A stretch of 64,000 nucleotides of DNA from Balanoglossus misakiensis (lineage: Eukaryota > Animalia > Hemichordata): assembly GCA_040954595.2 (NCBI GenBank), contig CM082578.2:11663166-11727165 (forward strand). Direction: 5' to 3'. How positions within the stretch are numbered: the first letter of the stretch is position 1; every line of letters starts with the position of its first letter. The notes under the pieces were generated by a model. It had not been told where the DNA came from. It searched no databases and saw only the letters and a list, made by a program, of their open reading frames with translations. The position numbers and the translations under genes are program-made. This document shows, piece after piece, positions 25,730-39,082 of the stretch.

Positions 25730-27080
25730 TCTTTTTCAGCTTTCATAGCTGATACCACACTTTTGTGAGACATTTCATTCTTTATGCTTTGTGCATAGAA
25801 ATGGCTGGGGTCGCCATGTCTTATATGTTCAGTAATTGGAAGCAATCAAGCAAACAAACAAACACACAAAAAGCCAATAAACTGACGATTCCAATGTTCG
25901 TTTAATACGTGGGCAATTAAAGAGAGTTTGTTGTTCATGTTTTGTTCACCCTTCAACAACAAAAAGGATGCGTCGTGAATAGAAAGTGACTGATTATTCT
26001 CGTATATAGTTTACATAGAAACAGTATGTTCATAATTAAACGTAGGAAAATGGCCATTATCGATTGCAACGATTAACTGCTTTGAAGTGTGCTTATTATC
26101 CTTAGTCAATTCATATGTGTTTGGAATACACATCCCGTTTACAATACTTTTATGGAAATGCAAATTCTTAGTTCATTCATCAGAATTACTGCGACAGTTT
26201 CTTTATTCCAAATAATATCATGTAATGAAATAAAGGTAGAATACAGCTTTGCAGGCGTACACGTGAATTGCCATTCACGGCCAATGCATCGTCTCCGTCA
26301 CATCCGCCCACGTCAGATTCAAAGGATGAATAGACAAGGGCTCTTGGACAGAAAAAAAACGATCGTCGGTTATTTCGTGAAGTGCACTAGAGTCAGTTTT
26401 ATTAAGGGTTAATGCATTTCAACTGTACAGCCTGATTTCGATTCTCCAAGGACTTTCTGAGAGCCGCCAGCTCTCCTCGTGGGCAATGGCAATGTCGACA
26501 CTTCCCCGGCCTAAATATCTGCGAGTTTTTTTGTTTTGTTCGTTTTTCCAGTAAATTTGTTGGACAACAACTACTAAAATGAGCTATTCCCCTTGAATGG
26601 TCATAAAATACATACGAAAAACAAACTGGTCTTACATGTAGGTATGTAAGTTTATTGACAACACAACGTCAATTACAGAGAATCGTTTTCAAAGGAACGG
26701 TATATATAATTCGTTTTAGTCTTCCACACGAATCACATTTGATTAGAGATAATATAATAATGTTCGTTCCCTATCAGTCGTAGTATTTAAATCTTTGCGT
26801 GGTAATGAACTGTTTATTTCTGAGACAGACACTAATGTTGGCAACTTTTGTTCATGCCAAACCCAAGTGATTGAAACAAACTCTTCTACACCAATAAGGG
26901 CAAACCACATTAACGCTGATCCGAATATAGCAACTATGGCTTATACTGAATTGTATACTGTTTGCAGTGAAAATGAAAATATCACACATCTTAGACGAAT
27001 ATATCTTTGTAAATAGTAAAGTAAGAAATACACACAGCAAATACTAATGTACGCGGTGAATGACAAACGGGTTGGAATTT

Positions 27081-27086
27081 TTTATT
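27081..27086 (-). terminator. Probable polyadenylation signal (AATAAA) of the secreted-protein gene
   Basis: AATAAA on the minus strand ~160 nt downstream of the TAA at 27250-27248. Confidence 0.5.
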
Positions 27087-27247
27087 GACTGCATGATTGA
27101 CTGCGCGGTCTATACACTACACGTACCAAATCATTCTGAAGATCTTGTCCAAGGACAGTTCAATCAGTACACGTCACCGTGAAGACGAACCCGGTGGATG
27201 GTTACTGCCCTCTAGCATATAGAAATCCCGAGTATCGTTGCCCACGA

Positions 27248-30200
27248 TTATAGCGGACACGTTGGGCACGTCCAAACAAGTTCAGTTTGGCCACTGTAGC
27301 TTATATCCGTCATCGAACCATAAACTGGAAGTAAAATAAAACGTGAGATCTATTTGTTCTAACAGTGCCACAGTGCTACGGTGGACTAAAATCTTTTCCT
27401 ATAATATCGAGGTCACCTGTGATGTAATTTGCGAGATTATACATGTACGTACTGCAACCGAACTCATACCTGTCTGTCCGCCGTTGCTTTGTGAACCATT
27501 GTTTGCAGCTCTTTCAACCGGTACAAAATTCACATCGACTTTTGCGTCATCGTATATTTGTTGCTGAATTGCTAACCACGTGAGGCCGCCATCTTCGCTC
27601 ATTAGATATGATCGCATGTTCTTGTGCATACCGTAGAGGGCGCCAGTGAGAGTATTGACCCCAAGAACGTTTATTGTCTGTCTTTTCATGCCTAAGAATG
27701 AATGCGATTTGTGACATACAATCAGGTTATATAGTGTTACGTTTACACTTGTGGTGTATTTTGAGACCTGAAAATGGAATCGTGCAATCTGTGTGGTAAG
27801 GCATAGAGATAATGCCCATTCGAGCTGCGTAAGCTCATTAAACATAAGCTACAAAACAACTTGCCTGACCAGTGTCCATCGAGGCCACCTTTTGTACATA
27901 TTTCGTTTTCCTTGTCAAGCCTACAATAATCAATAAGAAAAAGGAACAATGAATAACACCCCCTTGTCCAGCCCATGGTCTACGCTATATAAGACTCGCT
28001 GTCAGTATAATATCAAACCGAGTTTTGTCTAGAAGGGCGACGTGACCATATGTGAGTCACAGTAATTGAGTATTCCAGTTAACAGATGAAGACATCATAT
28101 AAATGCTCAAATTAGTTCACCGTTATTACATATAGTCAGACAAGTGTACTTACGCTTCATCGCCGGAATCACACACATAGACCGCGGGTTCGCTGCCTTT
28201 GACAACGTATCCGGCGTCGTGAAAGTCTGCGGCGATATTGATTAGGGTACAATGTGAATAAAGTGGACTTTGATGAATTGTGAGTTCGGCAACTGTCACT
28301 TATTTCGAGATATCGACACTGTTTTCTCATTTCCGTTTCTAGCAAAGATCAATACTCGAAAAGCGCAACAAATATAACACTTCAAATGTAACTGGGATCG
28401 CTCACAATAACAGCGATGTCAATGTACACACGTTTCTTCCTTGCACGTAAAAACACGCCATTTCAGGTGGAACATTTACCCAAATTTGGTGAAGAATACA
28501 GACACATTCGACTCACCTGTTGACGGACACTTTGAAAGAATGTCTTCGTTGTCCACGCATATTTCGTGGTAATCGTTATCACAGCGGCTAGTACCGGAGA
28601 CGCAGCAAGCACAGTCAGTTCTTCCGTTATCAAACGGACACGTGCAAGTGTAGCTCTTTATACGGCTGCCAGCAGTTACTGAAAATACATGGTGTACCGT
28701 GTTTAAAATGGCAACCAATCCCAGAACAACACGTGCACGATTTGAATATGAAAGCGCCCTAGGAAAAGCATGCACGCATCCATACGAAATAACCACCAAC
28801 GCACCTCGACAACTTGGCCATCTATAGTCATCACACATAGGCCGAGTATATATACATAGGCATGTGAACTTATTACGTGATGTCAGGTGTGTTTCTAAAA
28901 GAGTGATACACCATGCGCCACATGCAGTACCAATCGTCTTTCAATTTCGCAGGTTCCCAATTTTTTATCAACGTAAACTGAAACTTGGCAAAGTCGAAAT
29001 TGACAACTACAAACCTGTCGGCGCGGGCGTCGTTTTTACGTAGTCAAAATTCACCACGGTAAAGTTATTATTTATTACGGCCCCTTGCCTCGTCAAATAG
29101 ACAACTTCGACCAATCCGACAAAAGTGGAACCATTCAGCGATGACGTCACCCCTGCTGGGTCCACGGTGATGTTAAATTTCACAACCGGCTCGTACGAAA
29201 AGCTCAAATCTCCAAGCTGCAAAAGCGGTGATATGTTGTATTATTCTATCAATAAAACAGTTGATGAGGATGGTGCTTTTGGAACGAATGTAGGAATGAA
29301 ACATATCCGCACCTGTAATTGGATGAGGGTGTCTTGGATTTGTACCACTGTCGGTTGGCTGTCCAGATTATCCCAGAATATTATACCCTTGTAGGTTGAG
29401 AAGGGAGGCAGGATGAGCACAATGCTGACGTCAAAAGCGACGGCACGAGATGGACTGCCGTTACAGGAGTCTTCTATTCTTTGACCACAATGCCATATAC
29501 TCACAGACACTGTGACGTCATCCCTGGGCATGGAGCAAAAAAATATGCAAATTACTTACGACCATCCATACTCATGATACTCGTGTCTCAATGAAATTTT
29601 AGTGTAGCTATAGTCTCTCCCTCACTTATTCCCCCCCCCCCTTTCTCCCCTCATTCACCAAGTTTCTATCATCTCATTTAAGATTCATTTGCATTTTCGC
29701 CAATCTCTAAATGCAAGTTTCAGGAGATCAAACAACAGAAAATATGCAGACCCTTCATAAATGTCTTGTCCTGGGCTGTGACTGGTCAACTCCGCTAGTG
29801 CCTCCAGGTTTGGCAGCCTCTCCGCTTCCTCGACGAATGCCCTGACTGCAATTTGTCCAACCCAGATGTGCGTGCGTCCGTACATGATTCCGGCCATAAT
29901 CCACTCCTGTGTGTCGTTCTGGACTGCAACGTGGTCATCCAGCCTTATGTTGAAGTACAGCTTCATCTCATTGTTGGGATCGGCGACGTCGCCCTCGCTG
30001 ACCACCAGGTCGGAGACTTCGGCGTTGATCCTGTCATACTCCAGGTTCGCCGCTGTCGACTCCAGCTGGTTTTCGGCCAGGCAGCCGGAGCAGGGGATGT
30101 TGGCCCCGAACGACGTGCGCAGATTGTCCGTGAATGTCATCATTGCAGATTGGTTGAATGGTCCGGCCACTTCGATCAAGGGCGCCACCGTTGCTTTCGG

Positions 30201-32526
30201 AAAAGCCGCTGTAACTGAGACGTTGACGCTGTCTCCTATGCCGATCTCGATGCCCCTGTTCGGGTCAAAGGAAGGCGAGTCCATCTCAAAGACCGGGTTT
30301 TCGACGTAACTGTAATCGGAGTCGTACGTCGAGGTGAACGATGAACCGGCCGAAGGCTGGTCTTCGTAAGTCACCGTCATCATCGATGACATCTTATCCG
30401 ATGGCATGACGGTATCTGAAAATTACAGGAGATGATGAGCGCCCAAAATCAATTTAGTTTTGAAATACACGACTGAAAGGGGGCTCTCTTAGCAAAAGTC
30501 AGAGTAACCCGTTGTTTTTCATATATTAAATTATGGTATTCGAATTTGTGAAATCGTGAGCATAGGTTGGTTACCGTAGGCCTACATGTATATAGTAAGT
30601 TTAGTTTTAAGTTTTGTAGTGTAGGAACATGTATACTCAACTGTATGGTCAATATCAAAATCACACCACTGAAAAAATCAACCTATCATAAAAAAGCATG
30701 GTTTACATTGTGGCCGGTCAGTATTAATCCCTCTATAAGTGTCGTAAATATCTCACTTGGGTACAATATCGATTACCACCAACACCGATTAAAAAATCGA
30801 GTTCTGTTAAATTGAGCTGAAAATGTGGGGAACCTGCGTCAGGCGACAGAGCGAAATGCTGCGGGTCCACTTGCTTCGCTTAGTTCCAGGACTTCAGTAT
30901 AATTTAAGTAGCAGAATCTGATATGCTTAATGTGCTATAACTTCAGTAACAGCCATTATGGTTTTATTAAAATTTGATATGATTCATTGATCGGAGCCGA
31001 AGAGACGCGCCGACATGAATTAATAAAGACATATTTTTGTTAATAATGACTTATTTTCAGTACAATATTCTGTTGGCAGATATATGGGGGGACCGCCACT
31101 ACAAAGAGCCCATGTTTAAATTAATGTAATATTTATATTTTCACCCTCTGATTCGGACTGAGGCTATCGACCTCAATTCGACAACACGCGGCTATATGGG
31201 AGGAAACGACAGACGAGAAACTTGTTTAGGTTTTGTATGTTCAAGAAATCGATAACGCTTTCCAACGCACTTTCGAACAATAGCAGCCTTGTTAAAACTT
31301 CTCGCCAGCCTCCGTTGCCGTGGTTACGAAACGTTAATAAAACCTGGGTATAAATGGAATCGTTGACGATAAACATCGAAGATTCGGATGCAAGTGCTCT
31401 AGCAATGTAGAAAGCCACAGGTTTGAATCTTTCCTTCGACAACGAATTACTCTCCCTCGGCAATGACAAATCTACGTCAACGAAACGATCGGTGTCATTT
31501 TGCCAATGATTTTTTTTCCTCATGAGTACATCACCTTAAAATACGCAAGCAACCGATTTTATTGATTGTCTCCAGCGTGTGCAGAAACTGTATTTGCCGT
31601 CTTTGTTGCGAACAGAGAAGTGTTTTCTTTTCTCGCGTCGATAGCAGTCCATTCTTAAAGGGACCATTAATCAGCCGAGAAAATTCGTTTCTTGTACGGC
31701 TGGCTCTCTCTAGAGAAAAATCGATGTATAAAATATGAAGGAAATAAAATCGATAGATAAGCAATGTTCTCACCGGACACGTTCATCTGGAAGGATCCCT
31801 GGACGAAACTCGTCCCGGCAGAGTTAATAGGCCCTGTTAATATCAACCATAGGCGCTCGCTGATGACACCTTCAGTGAACTCCTGGATATAAAACGTACG
31901 TTGTATATTATTGCATTGTGAACCACCTTAGAACCGATCGTCAAAAGCTAAACCACATAATTTTCTCTTTATTTACGACTGCCAAACGGAAACACAAACG
32001 CTTGTTCTCACCTAGAGTTTCCGTGAGAAAAAGAAAAATTATATAACAATAACTTGAAAATTTATCTCACAAAACCTTACTTGCGTGCGTAAAACGTACA
32101 TTTTCTCGACACCATGTGCATGCACAGTGCATTAGCAGAATTATGAGATTTTATATTTAACTTAATTGCCAACGATTGCTTTCATGTGTAGAAGAGGTTA
32201 CAGTTCGTCTGTTGTCCTCACAACAACATCGATTACCAGGACGACGTCTATACTCTACGTCGCAGGATATTGATAACGATACACCTATTTATTTCACACT
32301 TGGCCCTTTTCTGAAGAAGGGGCTTCTGAGAGGTGTTCGAAAAAAAAAAATAATTCACTTACCGTCGTCGGCGTCATTGTTGCTCGCGTTTCAGCGGTCG
32401 CCGGAGTGCTGGCATCATGATATTCCCAAGTGAATTGGGATCCTATCGGGTCGAGAGAAAACTGAAATGGGGGAAATACTAGTCAGTTTATACCTCGAAA
32501 ATCTGTGTGAGTGAGTGAGTGAGTCG

Positions 32527-32558
<32 letters not shown>

Positions 32559-35153
32559 GTCAGTCAGTCAGTCAGTCAGTCAGTCAGTAAATATACATTA
32601 ATAAACGTGATTTATTAATCCAAATCCAGTATCATGAATAGCGGCGGTGTAAGAAAGTAAAATTATATTATATCACGAGATAAAATAAAACAGACAGAAT
32701 GGTTTGTTCATAGAGTTAACATGGAATTTACGTTAATTAATAATTCAAAAGTACCTCAGGAACTAACATATTTGTATAGTGGTCTATTTAGTAATATAAG
32801 ACCTTCAGCTTATCATATTTTACAATAGTTTACGGCAGTATAGTAGATAATGACAGGAAAAGATATTTTTTACAGCCAATTTCAAATTAACGCACCATTT
32901 AACGTTATTTCCGATTTTTTTCGCTCATATTGCATGAAATTCACATGCCGCTAATCAATGAAGAGTGTTTACATCGGGCCTGGTCGTAAATTGAATAAAT
33001 TTTCGTTGGAAAGGCGGATTGAAAACACTGCAAAACGAGTGCGTGGTAAATTTATGCTCTGGATTCGAGCAAAATGCCATAGGGTCAACGTGTGGAATAA
33101 TGCAGCAAACTGCACGAGCAATACAAAAAGAGCCTTTTTCATGTGTGTCCTTTCGAGGAAATGAAAGCGTGAACGACACGTTCAAAGTGGTAACCTTAAC
33201 TTTAATACACGTACACGACAGAACAAATTGAACTTTTCAAAGTCTTAGCGTTGAACGGTAAAAGTGCTCCCTAAACAATTGTCATGGTACTGAAACTTGC
33301 CGTTGTCATGACACCAAACCTTTTAACTTATTATGGCAACGTTGCCAATGAATAAGGCCGCAAATAAGCAATTGCGATGGCCGCAGTTGCCCGTTCTGTA
33401 TGCGATGTCCTTAGTAGAACTGTGGATATACAGCTTGGATCTAAGAATCTTACAAAATATAACGCCATTTTATTGCAAAGGTTATCGGTTGTGCCTACAC
33501 TTATGCCAGTGCGACAACCTCTAAGTGAGCAATACTTTGAAAACAAACCACTCGGACTATTTGGATATACGTCATGATCACTTATAGCACTTACAACACG
33601 CGGAGGGATTTTAAAATGAAAAAGTAGTGCGCCAAAACAAACTAAAGACCACGGGAAGGAACTACGACAACATCTTCTAGAATGAACCCCTAATTTCTGT
33701 CAGATTTATGGTATCAAAGCTATGTCACAGTGCTCAACTGCGCCACAGGTAATGTGGGATAACTATGTAAACCTTGACACCCAAGGGTTAAAAGCGATTA
33801 GCAAAAAAAACTGTTAAAGTTTATGACCGATGCAAATGGTAGTCTAAACTAATTTAAATGGCCTGTCACCCAGACAACGGGCAATTCGGGAGTGTGAGTA
33901 ACCTTGAACACACTGTAAAATTGGAAATAGGGGTGTATTTTCTCCTTCCGAGAACACGGCAAATTTATTGACACCGCGTCGTGTGCTTGAAGTTTTACAG
34001 GTGTCACTTCTGAACCAGAAAAGTGGATGCCGCTGCTGAAGGGAACGGCGGCGGACAACTCTGTCGGCTGACACCCAAAAAAGCTTTTATCACAGACACA
34101 GTGTTCTACTCTAAATTGAAATGGTGAACAAGATTATTCTTCATCGTTTTTCAGGTGTAGTTACGGTTTACAAAGTAGCACTGTGTATGATACAACTTGG
34201 GATTGATTATTTATCAACATGGCGTACATGCAAAATATTCCAGTTGAAATTATTCACCACATCACAAAGGAAATCATTCGTTTTGAAGCCGAAATTTCAC
34301 ATTTTCTTCCCACTACAGAACAGCACTGTCACCAATCCAAAACTATTTCTAAAGAGCCATAAAGTCTTGCTTACATTAAATTAGATATGGCAATGCCGGA
34401 CTCGGACCAAAAAGAAGATCAATGCTATTCACCCATACCTGCATAAAATCGGACGAGAACGTCAGGTTGACATTGTGAGCCGAGTCGCCGTTACTGATCA
34501 CAATTTCTAGGTAGAAGTCGTAGACAAGTTGATCACCTGCCTGGTATCTCCCCCATGGAGTCTGCACAGAAACCGTTCCGTTGACCGAAACTGCAAGAGT
34601 AAGATAATATGAGTAAGCTCAACTTTCTCCTACGAAGACACCATCTGATGGTTTTGTATCACCATCGACATGACGTGTCGTACCTACTCTCGTAACGATA
34701 GGTTCTCATGCTACCCGCCACACCATTGGCAAAAGTTGAATTTTACATGCAAACGTCGCAACCGTGCCAAGATTAACGAAGCAGTGAAATCGATAATTTA
34801 AACCGCGTCTCTCCAGGGAATTCTCAAAGAAACACTTCGACACTGTACTGAGCGACTTTTATCAAATGATCTCTGTCTCTTCGCTGCTACAGCTTGGACA
34901 GATGGTCACTTCAACCCCTTCAGAAACTGATCCCTGTAGAAACATATTTCGTGTTTTACACTGTGACCGTCATGCGAAACCTCACAGACCCAGACAAAAC
35001 ACAAAAAAAGGAAACATTTAACATAAGAAACCCTTGGACGTAACTCAGACGAAAGCGACTACAGACAAGATTTGTGGCAATCAACATTAATCGCAACGTA
35101 CCTTCGGCTTTCGCGAAAGCGAGAAACAACGCCAGCAGAAAGAAAAGAGGCAT
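27248..35153 (-). CDS. Multi-exon uncharacterised secreted protein (~692 aa): signal peptide, beta-rich modules, Cys-rich module, Asp-box/BNR-like C-terminus
   Basis: Frame-consistent exons: 35153-35102 (MPLFFLLALFLAFAKAE), 34590-34439, 32461-32363, 31882-31774, 30415-29752, 29523-29313, 29216-29015, 28678-28517 (CTCPFDNGRTDCACCVSG), 28226-28154, 27920-27865, 27691-27470 (SEDGGLTW), 27324-27248 (WTCPTCPL*). Total 2079 nt, no internal stops. Confidence 0.85.
29752..30415 (-). CDS. Largest exon (664 nt) of the secreted-protein gene
   Basis: Covers most of ORF 29685..30407; acceptor TTTTCAG at 30416, donor GT at 29751; phases fit the flanking exons. Confidence 0.85.
32507..32588. repeat. Compound microsatellite (GTGA)n(GACA)n(CAGT)n
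   Basis: Direct reading; intronic, ~45 bp upstream of the 32461 acceptor. Confidence 0.9.
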
Positions 35154-35470
35154 CTTGTTCAGTAAGCGTCCACAGGTGTTTTGAAATCCGGCTGCCTTGA
35201 ACACGTCACGCCACACAGTATCCAGTTTCTTGGAAATAATCGATATTCTAGCAATCTGCTACATCGGTGCATTTGTACACGACAACTGAAAAGTAAAGCA
35301 ACTGTATTCACGAGGTTCCTCCCATTGATCACGAAAAAAAACAGTCGCTAGGCTGATTGAAATCCACTTTACAAACTTAACATATTCTCCCAGTGAATAC
35401 AAAAACCAGTGCATAAACAAGCACGGACTTCCGTGACATCATCATTCTTTCTGGCGACAATCGTCCGATA

Positions 35471-35485
35471 CGTTGCCAGGCAACG
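35471..35485. promoter_or_regulatory. RFX X-box-like palindrome upstream of the secreted-protein gene
   Basis: CGTTGCCAGGCAACG fits GTNRCC(N0-3)RGYAAC; ~320 bp 5' of the ATG at 35153 in CpG-rich DNA; ETS-like ACTTCCG and TGACATCA nearby (~35427-35441). Confidence 0.5.
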
Positions 35486-36190
35486 GCAACAGGTGGTTCG
35501 AAAAAAAGCAGAATTTTCACGTCGGCGCGACATCAATCATTTAGATTTTTTTTTTCAAGTTGTAATATGTCTTGTAATGAGGTAGCCTGTTGGTAAATTG
35601 GCCGCATAAAGTGAGGTGCATATTCAGTAGATAACGCAATGTTGCGTGATTTTATATTTACGTTTATCGTCTGTTGAAAAGCACCTTGCATGGGAACGAT
35701 CCTATATGTCAACAACGTTAAATATATATGTGTGTGTCGATTGCGATTACATTTGCCATAAATCAATGTGAACGAAGTTCCGGGCCGACCTAGAAGATGT
35801 GTTCTCTTTGTAGAAAGCCGTTAACGGCTCACATGCATCATGTGCAAACAGAGAACTACTTCATACACATCTAATCGATACGGCACCATGGAAAGCGTTC
35901 CTATGTGGTTTCTAGCCCAGACTCACAAAAGTCGAGTTTGCTCGTAACGTTATGTAATTTGTGAAGCGTTCATAAAAATATGACGTGTATACTTCTGCAA
36001 CTCATTTTACACCATCATATTTTTAGTCACCAACCAGAGTGTATGTGGGTATTAAGGATGACTGACCTTTCAATAATAGTCAATTCAACAACAATTTTGG
36101 TTAACCAAGCAAAATTGACAATTCAGGTAAACATAGTGCAACTGGCACCACTTTGGGACAACAGGAATACTTTCGAAAATATTATTTTCC

Positions 36191-36196
36191 TTTATT
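36191..36196 (-). terminator. Possible polyadenylation signal of the alpha-2/delta gene (implies ~3.5 kb 3' UTR)
   Basis: AATAAA on the minus strand near the point where CpG-poor gene-body sequence switches to CpG-rich DNA. Other poly(A) sites are possible. Confidence 0.3.
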
Positions 36197-38991
36197 GACA
36201 AATAGAAATTAGTGTGTTCTATAAATACTTTACAAAAAGTCTGTATCAATTAAAGGCTGCAATTAATCCTAGATTCTCTACTAAGCTATCTATGGGACTG
36301 CATTGTGTTATAAGAAGGCAGTATCAAGCAAGTTATAAAATATACGTTAGGCAGTCAGGTCCCTATTACAATAGAATGTGACAAGACTGAAGAGGATTCA
36401 ACACTATTTTTGCAATGCTCCTCAAATTTATAATTTTGCTAAAATCTCATGAGGGCACGTCAACTGTGTGCACTGTTTTTATCATAATCCGATTTTTTTA
36501 CTGTTCATTGATTGTACACAGCAATATGAAGCGAAAATAACTTTTCTTCACATTGTGGCAAGATGCATTTTACGGTTACAAATCAATAAAATGATTATCG
36601 TTTGGGGAGACCTAAGTTACCGGTGATAGCTACAAAACTGACACCAATGTCCTGAATTGTCCTTGCAAAAATCAATGTCAGAAATACCAGGTTTAGCAGT
36701 TGGCGTGATGAACCATCTGCCTATTTCCGTATAAGGTTTGACCATATCGGTGATAACAATGAGGCAGTATCAAATCATGTTGAAAACGTACAATGCAATA
36801 TGGTCATGTACTGAAACAAGAATACATACCAAATTTGGGGATGGTTTTCCTTTTTTTGAAATCAAAACTGTTACCGATAATACCCGCTTGCTTAAGCTGC
36901 CTGCTTCTTTAAGAGTGATATGGGTTCTAAAGTCAATTGCAGAAATATAGTAAGTTGGAAAATACTAAAGACTTCTATAGGCACTTTGAAGATTTACAAT
37001 TGTGGTCTCCCATCACATGAAGAAAGTGAGGAAACCGACGAAAGTGTTATTTCAACTGGTATGTCTGTGATAGGCTAGACTTTGTAGTCTAATTATTTGG
37101 CACCTATAACAATACATGGACTGTAAAACTCCAACACACAAGGACAGCACCATACATCGTGGGTGAAGGCCATAGACAACTCAGAAAAAACTATCAATGA
37201 TAATAACATGATTTTCTTATGCTTAAAATGCATACACGAACATTCAATGATCATGAATGTCCATTGATTTTGCTACCGGCAGGTGACCTTATTTTTTGGA
37301 CATGTTAAGTATCCCTCACCTATCAAATACCTGGTTTAATTACATGACATTTAGACATCTTCCCCCCAAATCCTCAAAGTATACAGATTGGTAAAAACAA
37401 GCTTCTTGTCAAGATGTTGTACCTTAAAATAATACACGAAAAAGTTTGGTGACTAAAATTGCAGCTGAGCACACAGTGTATCATAACCTTCCATGAGATT
37501 TGATCTACAACTGGTAAATGAAGACATATAACAAAAGGAAAATTGAATATATACAACCAATGTTATCAAACAAGCAAATATACCACACGTGAAAAAATTA
37601 CAAGACAAACTTGGCATCATATGTACAAAATTCAAATACAAAAAATTGTTATACTAACTGAACATTCCTCCAAACAGGACATTACATTGTCTTACATAAA
37701 AAATACTGAATACTGTCCTGAATGTGTTTCTTATTGCTCAAAAAATGTCCACTTGACAATGGAAAGTTTTGGCTTTAACTATTCTTGGCATAAGTGATGG
37801 CAAAGTTGGCCGTGGCTATGCCGAAATGAGGATCACAACTCATCTATAAAGGCTTACTAGCATGATGCGTAGGAAGAAATAAATACTGTGAAAAGAATAT
37901 TGCACTGACGTTATCATCAAACAAGAGTGTCCCACATTAGATTAAAACTTAGTCCATGGTTACATAGGCGGGCCTATTTGTTGGCAATATCATATTGGTG
38001 GCAGAGGTTACTACGAAAGTAAATAAATTGTTTGAATGTGATACTGTTTGAATTAATATATGTTGTGCACTGATGTATTAAAACTTAGTGTTGATTGAAA
38101 TATCAAGTGTGACTGCTGAGATTTGTCATTGCCCTTCTTTCCAAGAATTTACGGTTCAAAATGTCATCGAAAGTGCTATCCCTGTGAACATTATACATTC
38201 ATTCTTCACCCGTCTCTTCAAAAGTGTTCGTTTGGATAATTCAGAGATCTGTGTAAATCTGGTGAAAAATGCACCAATAAACGTGTAAATGTAAGTTACT
38301 GGGGAAAAGTGTGTTGCACATCGACGATGTACATGGCAGTAAAACTGAAGCCAAGTTTACAAAAAATGGAATAATTAGTCGTGTTAATTTGTCAAGCTCT
38401 ACGATTATAAGTTAAACCTAGTCTTTCAATATTACAAATCGTGTATTTATCAAGGAAAAATTGATTTTCATTAAGAATGATAAAAATGTTGTTTTCTTTC
38501 TTTTTTTTCTTCTATAAAAAGTGAGCTGACCATTTGCTTTTATAGAATAGAGTTCAAAGCAGTCTGTTAACATTCTTCTTAACTGCTCTTCTGCACTATC
38601 CATGCTTGTGTTCTAAAAACATTTCAACTGCGATCAGAACTTAATCCACTGGATTAATCATTTTCCTAACTCTATTACAAGTGTTACATGCTATTTATCT
38701 TACCTAACCTTTGAAAATACTGGCAAGTGTGATATAAGTTTCAACACTTTACATAGGAAAGGGTATACAAAATCCATCTCTCTGAGTTAACTTTGTGCTG
38801 AAAAGGTCAATTGACGAGTTTATCTGACCAGCTGGAAGACTGCTAATCCACTGGAGAACTGTCCCATGCATAAACAACTACTCTTTAAAAAATCAATATA
38901 TTACTATCAGTTACTGCACCTAACCTCTGATTACTACAAATTTAAATGCAAATTCACTACAGTAATGAATGCTTAATGAGTTCAAGGTTCT

Positions 38992-39082
38992 TTAACCCTT
39001 TCACCCCAGTTCCCTCTATAGAGGCCCAACTGTATCATAAAAAACAATAGGTTTGGACCAAACCATGGTGTTGAAAGGATCA
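38992..39082. mobile_element. Degenerate TTAA-CCC-type (piggyBac-like) MITE
   Basis: Starts TTAACCCTTTCACC and ends GGTGTTGAAAGGATCAA (imperfect TIR). A similarly built element lies at ~54422-54503. Confidence 0.4.

Noticed and set aside
29853-30309. Plus-strand ORFs opposite the large exon
   Set aside because: Antisense shadows of a GC-rich coding exon.
31173-31773. Intronic ORFs of 116 and 80 aa
   Set aside because: No recognisable domain and no splice sites needed for frame continuity; possibly a repeat relic.
33849-34067. Possible extra phase-0 exon of the secreted-protein gene (PTELSAAVPFSSG...)
   Set aside because: The acceptor and open frame are plausible, but candidate donors (GTTACT, GTGACA) are weak and the gene is in frame without it; left unresolved.
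34860-34933. Acceptor-like TTTCTACAG suggesting an exon in intron 1
   Set aside because: The phase-1 frame hits TGA within four codons.
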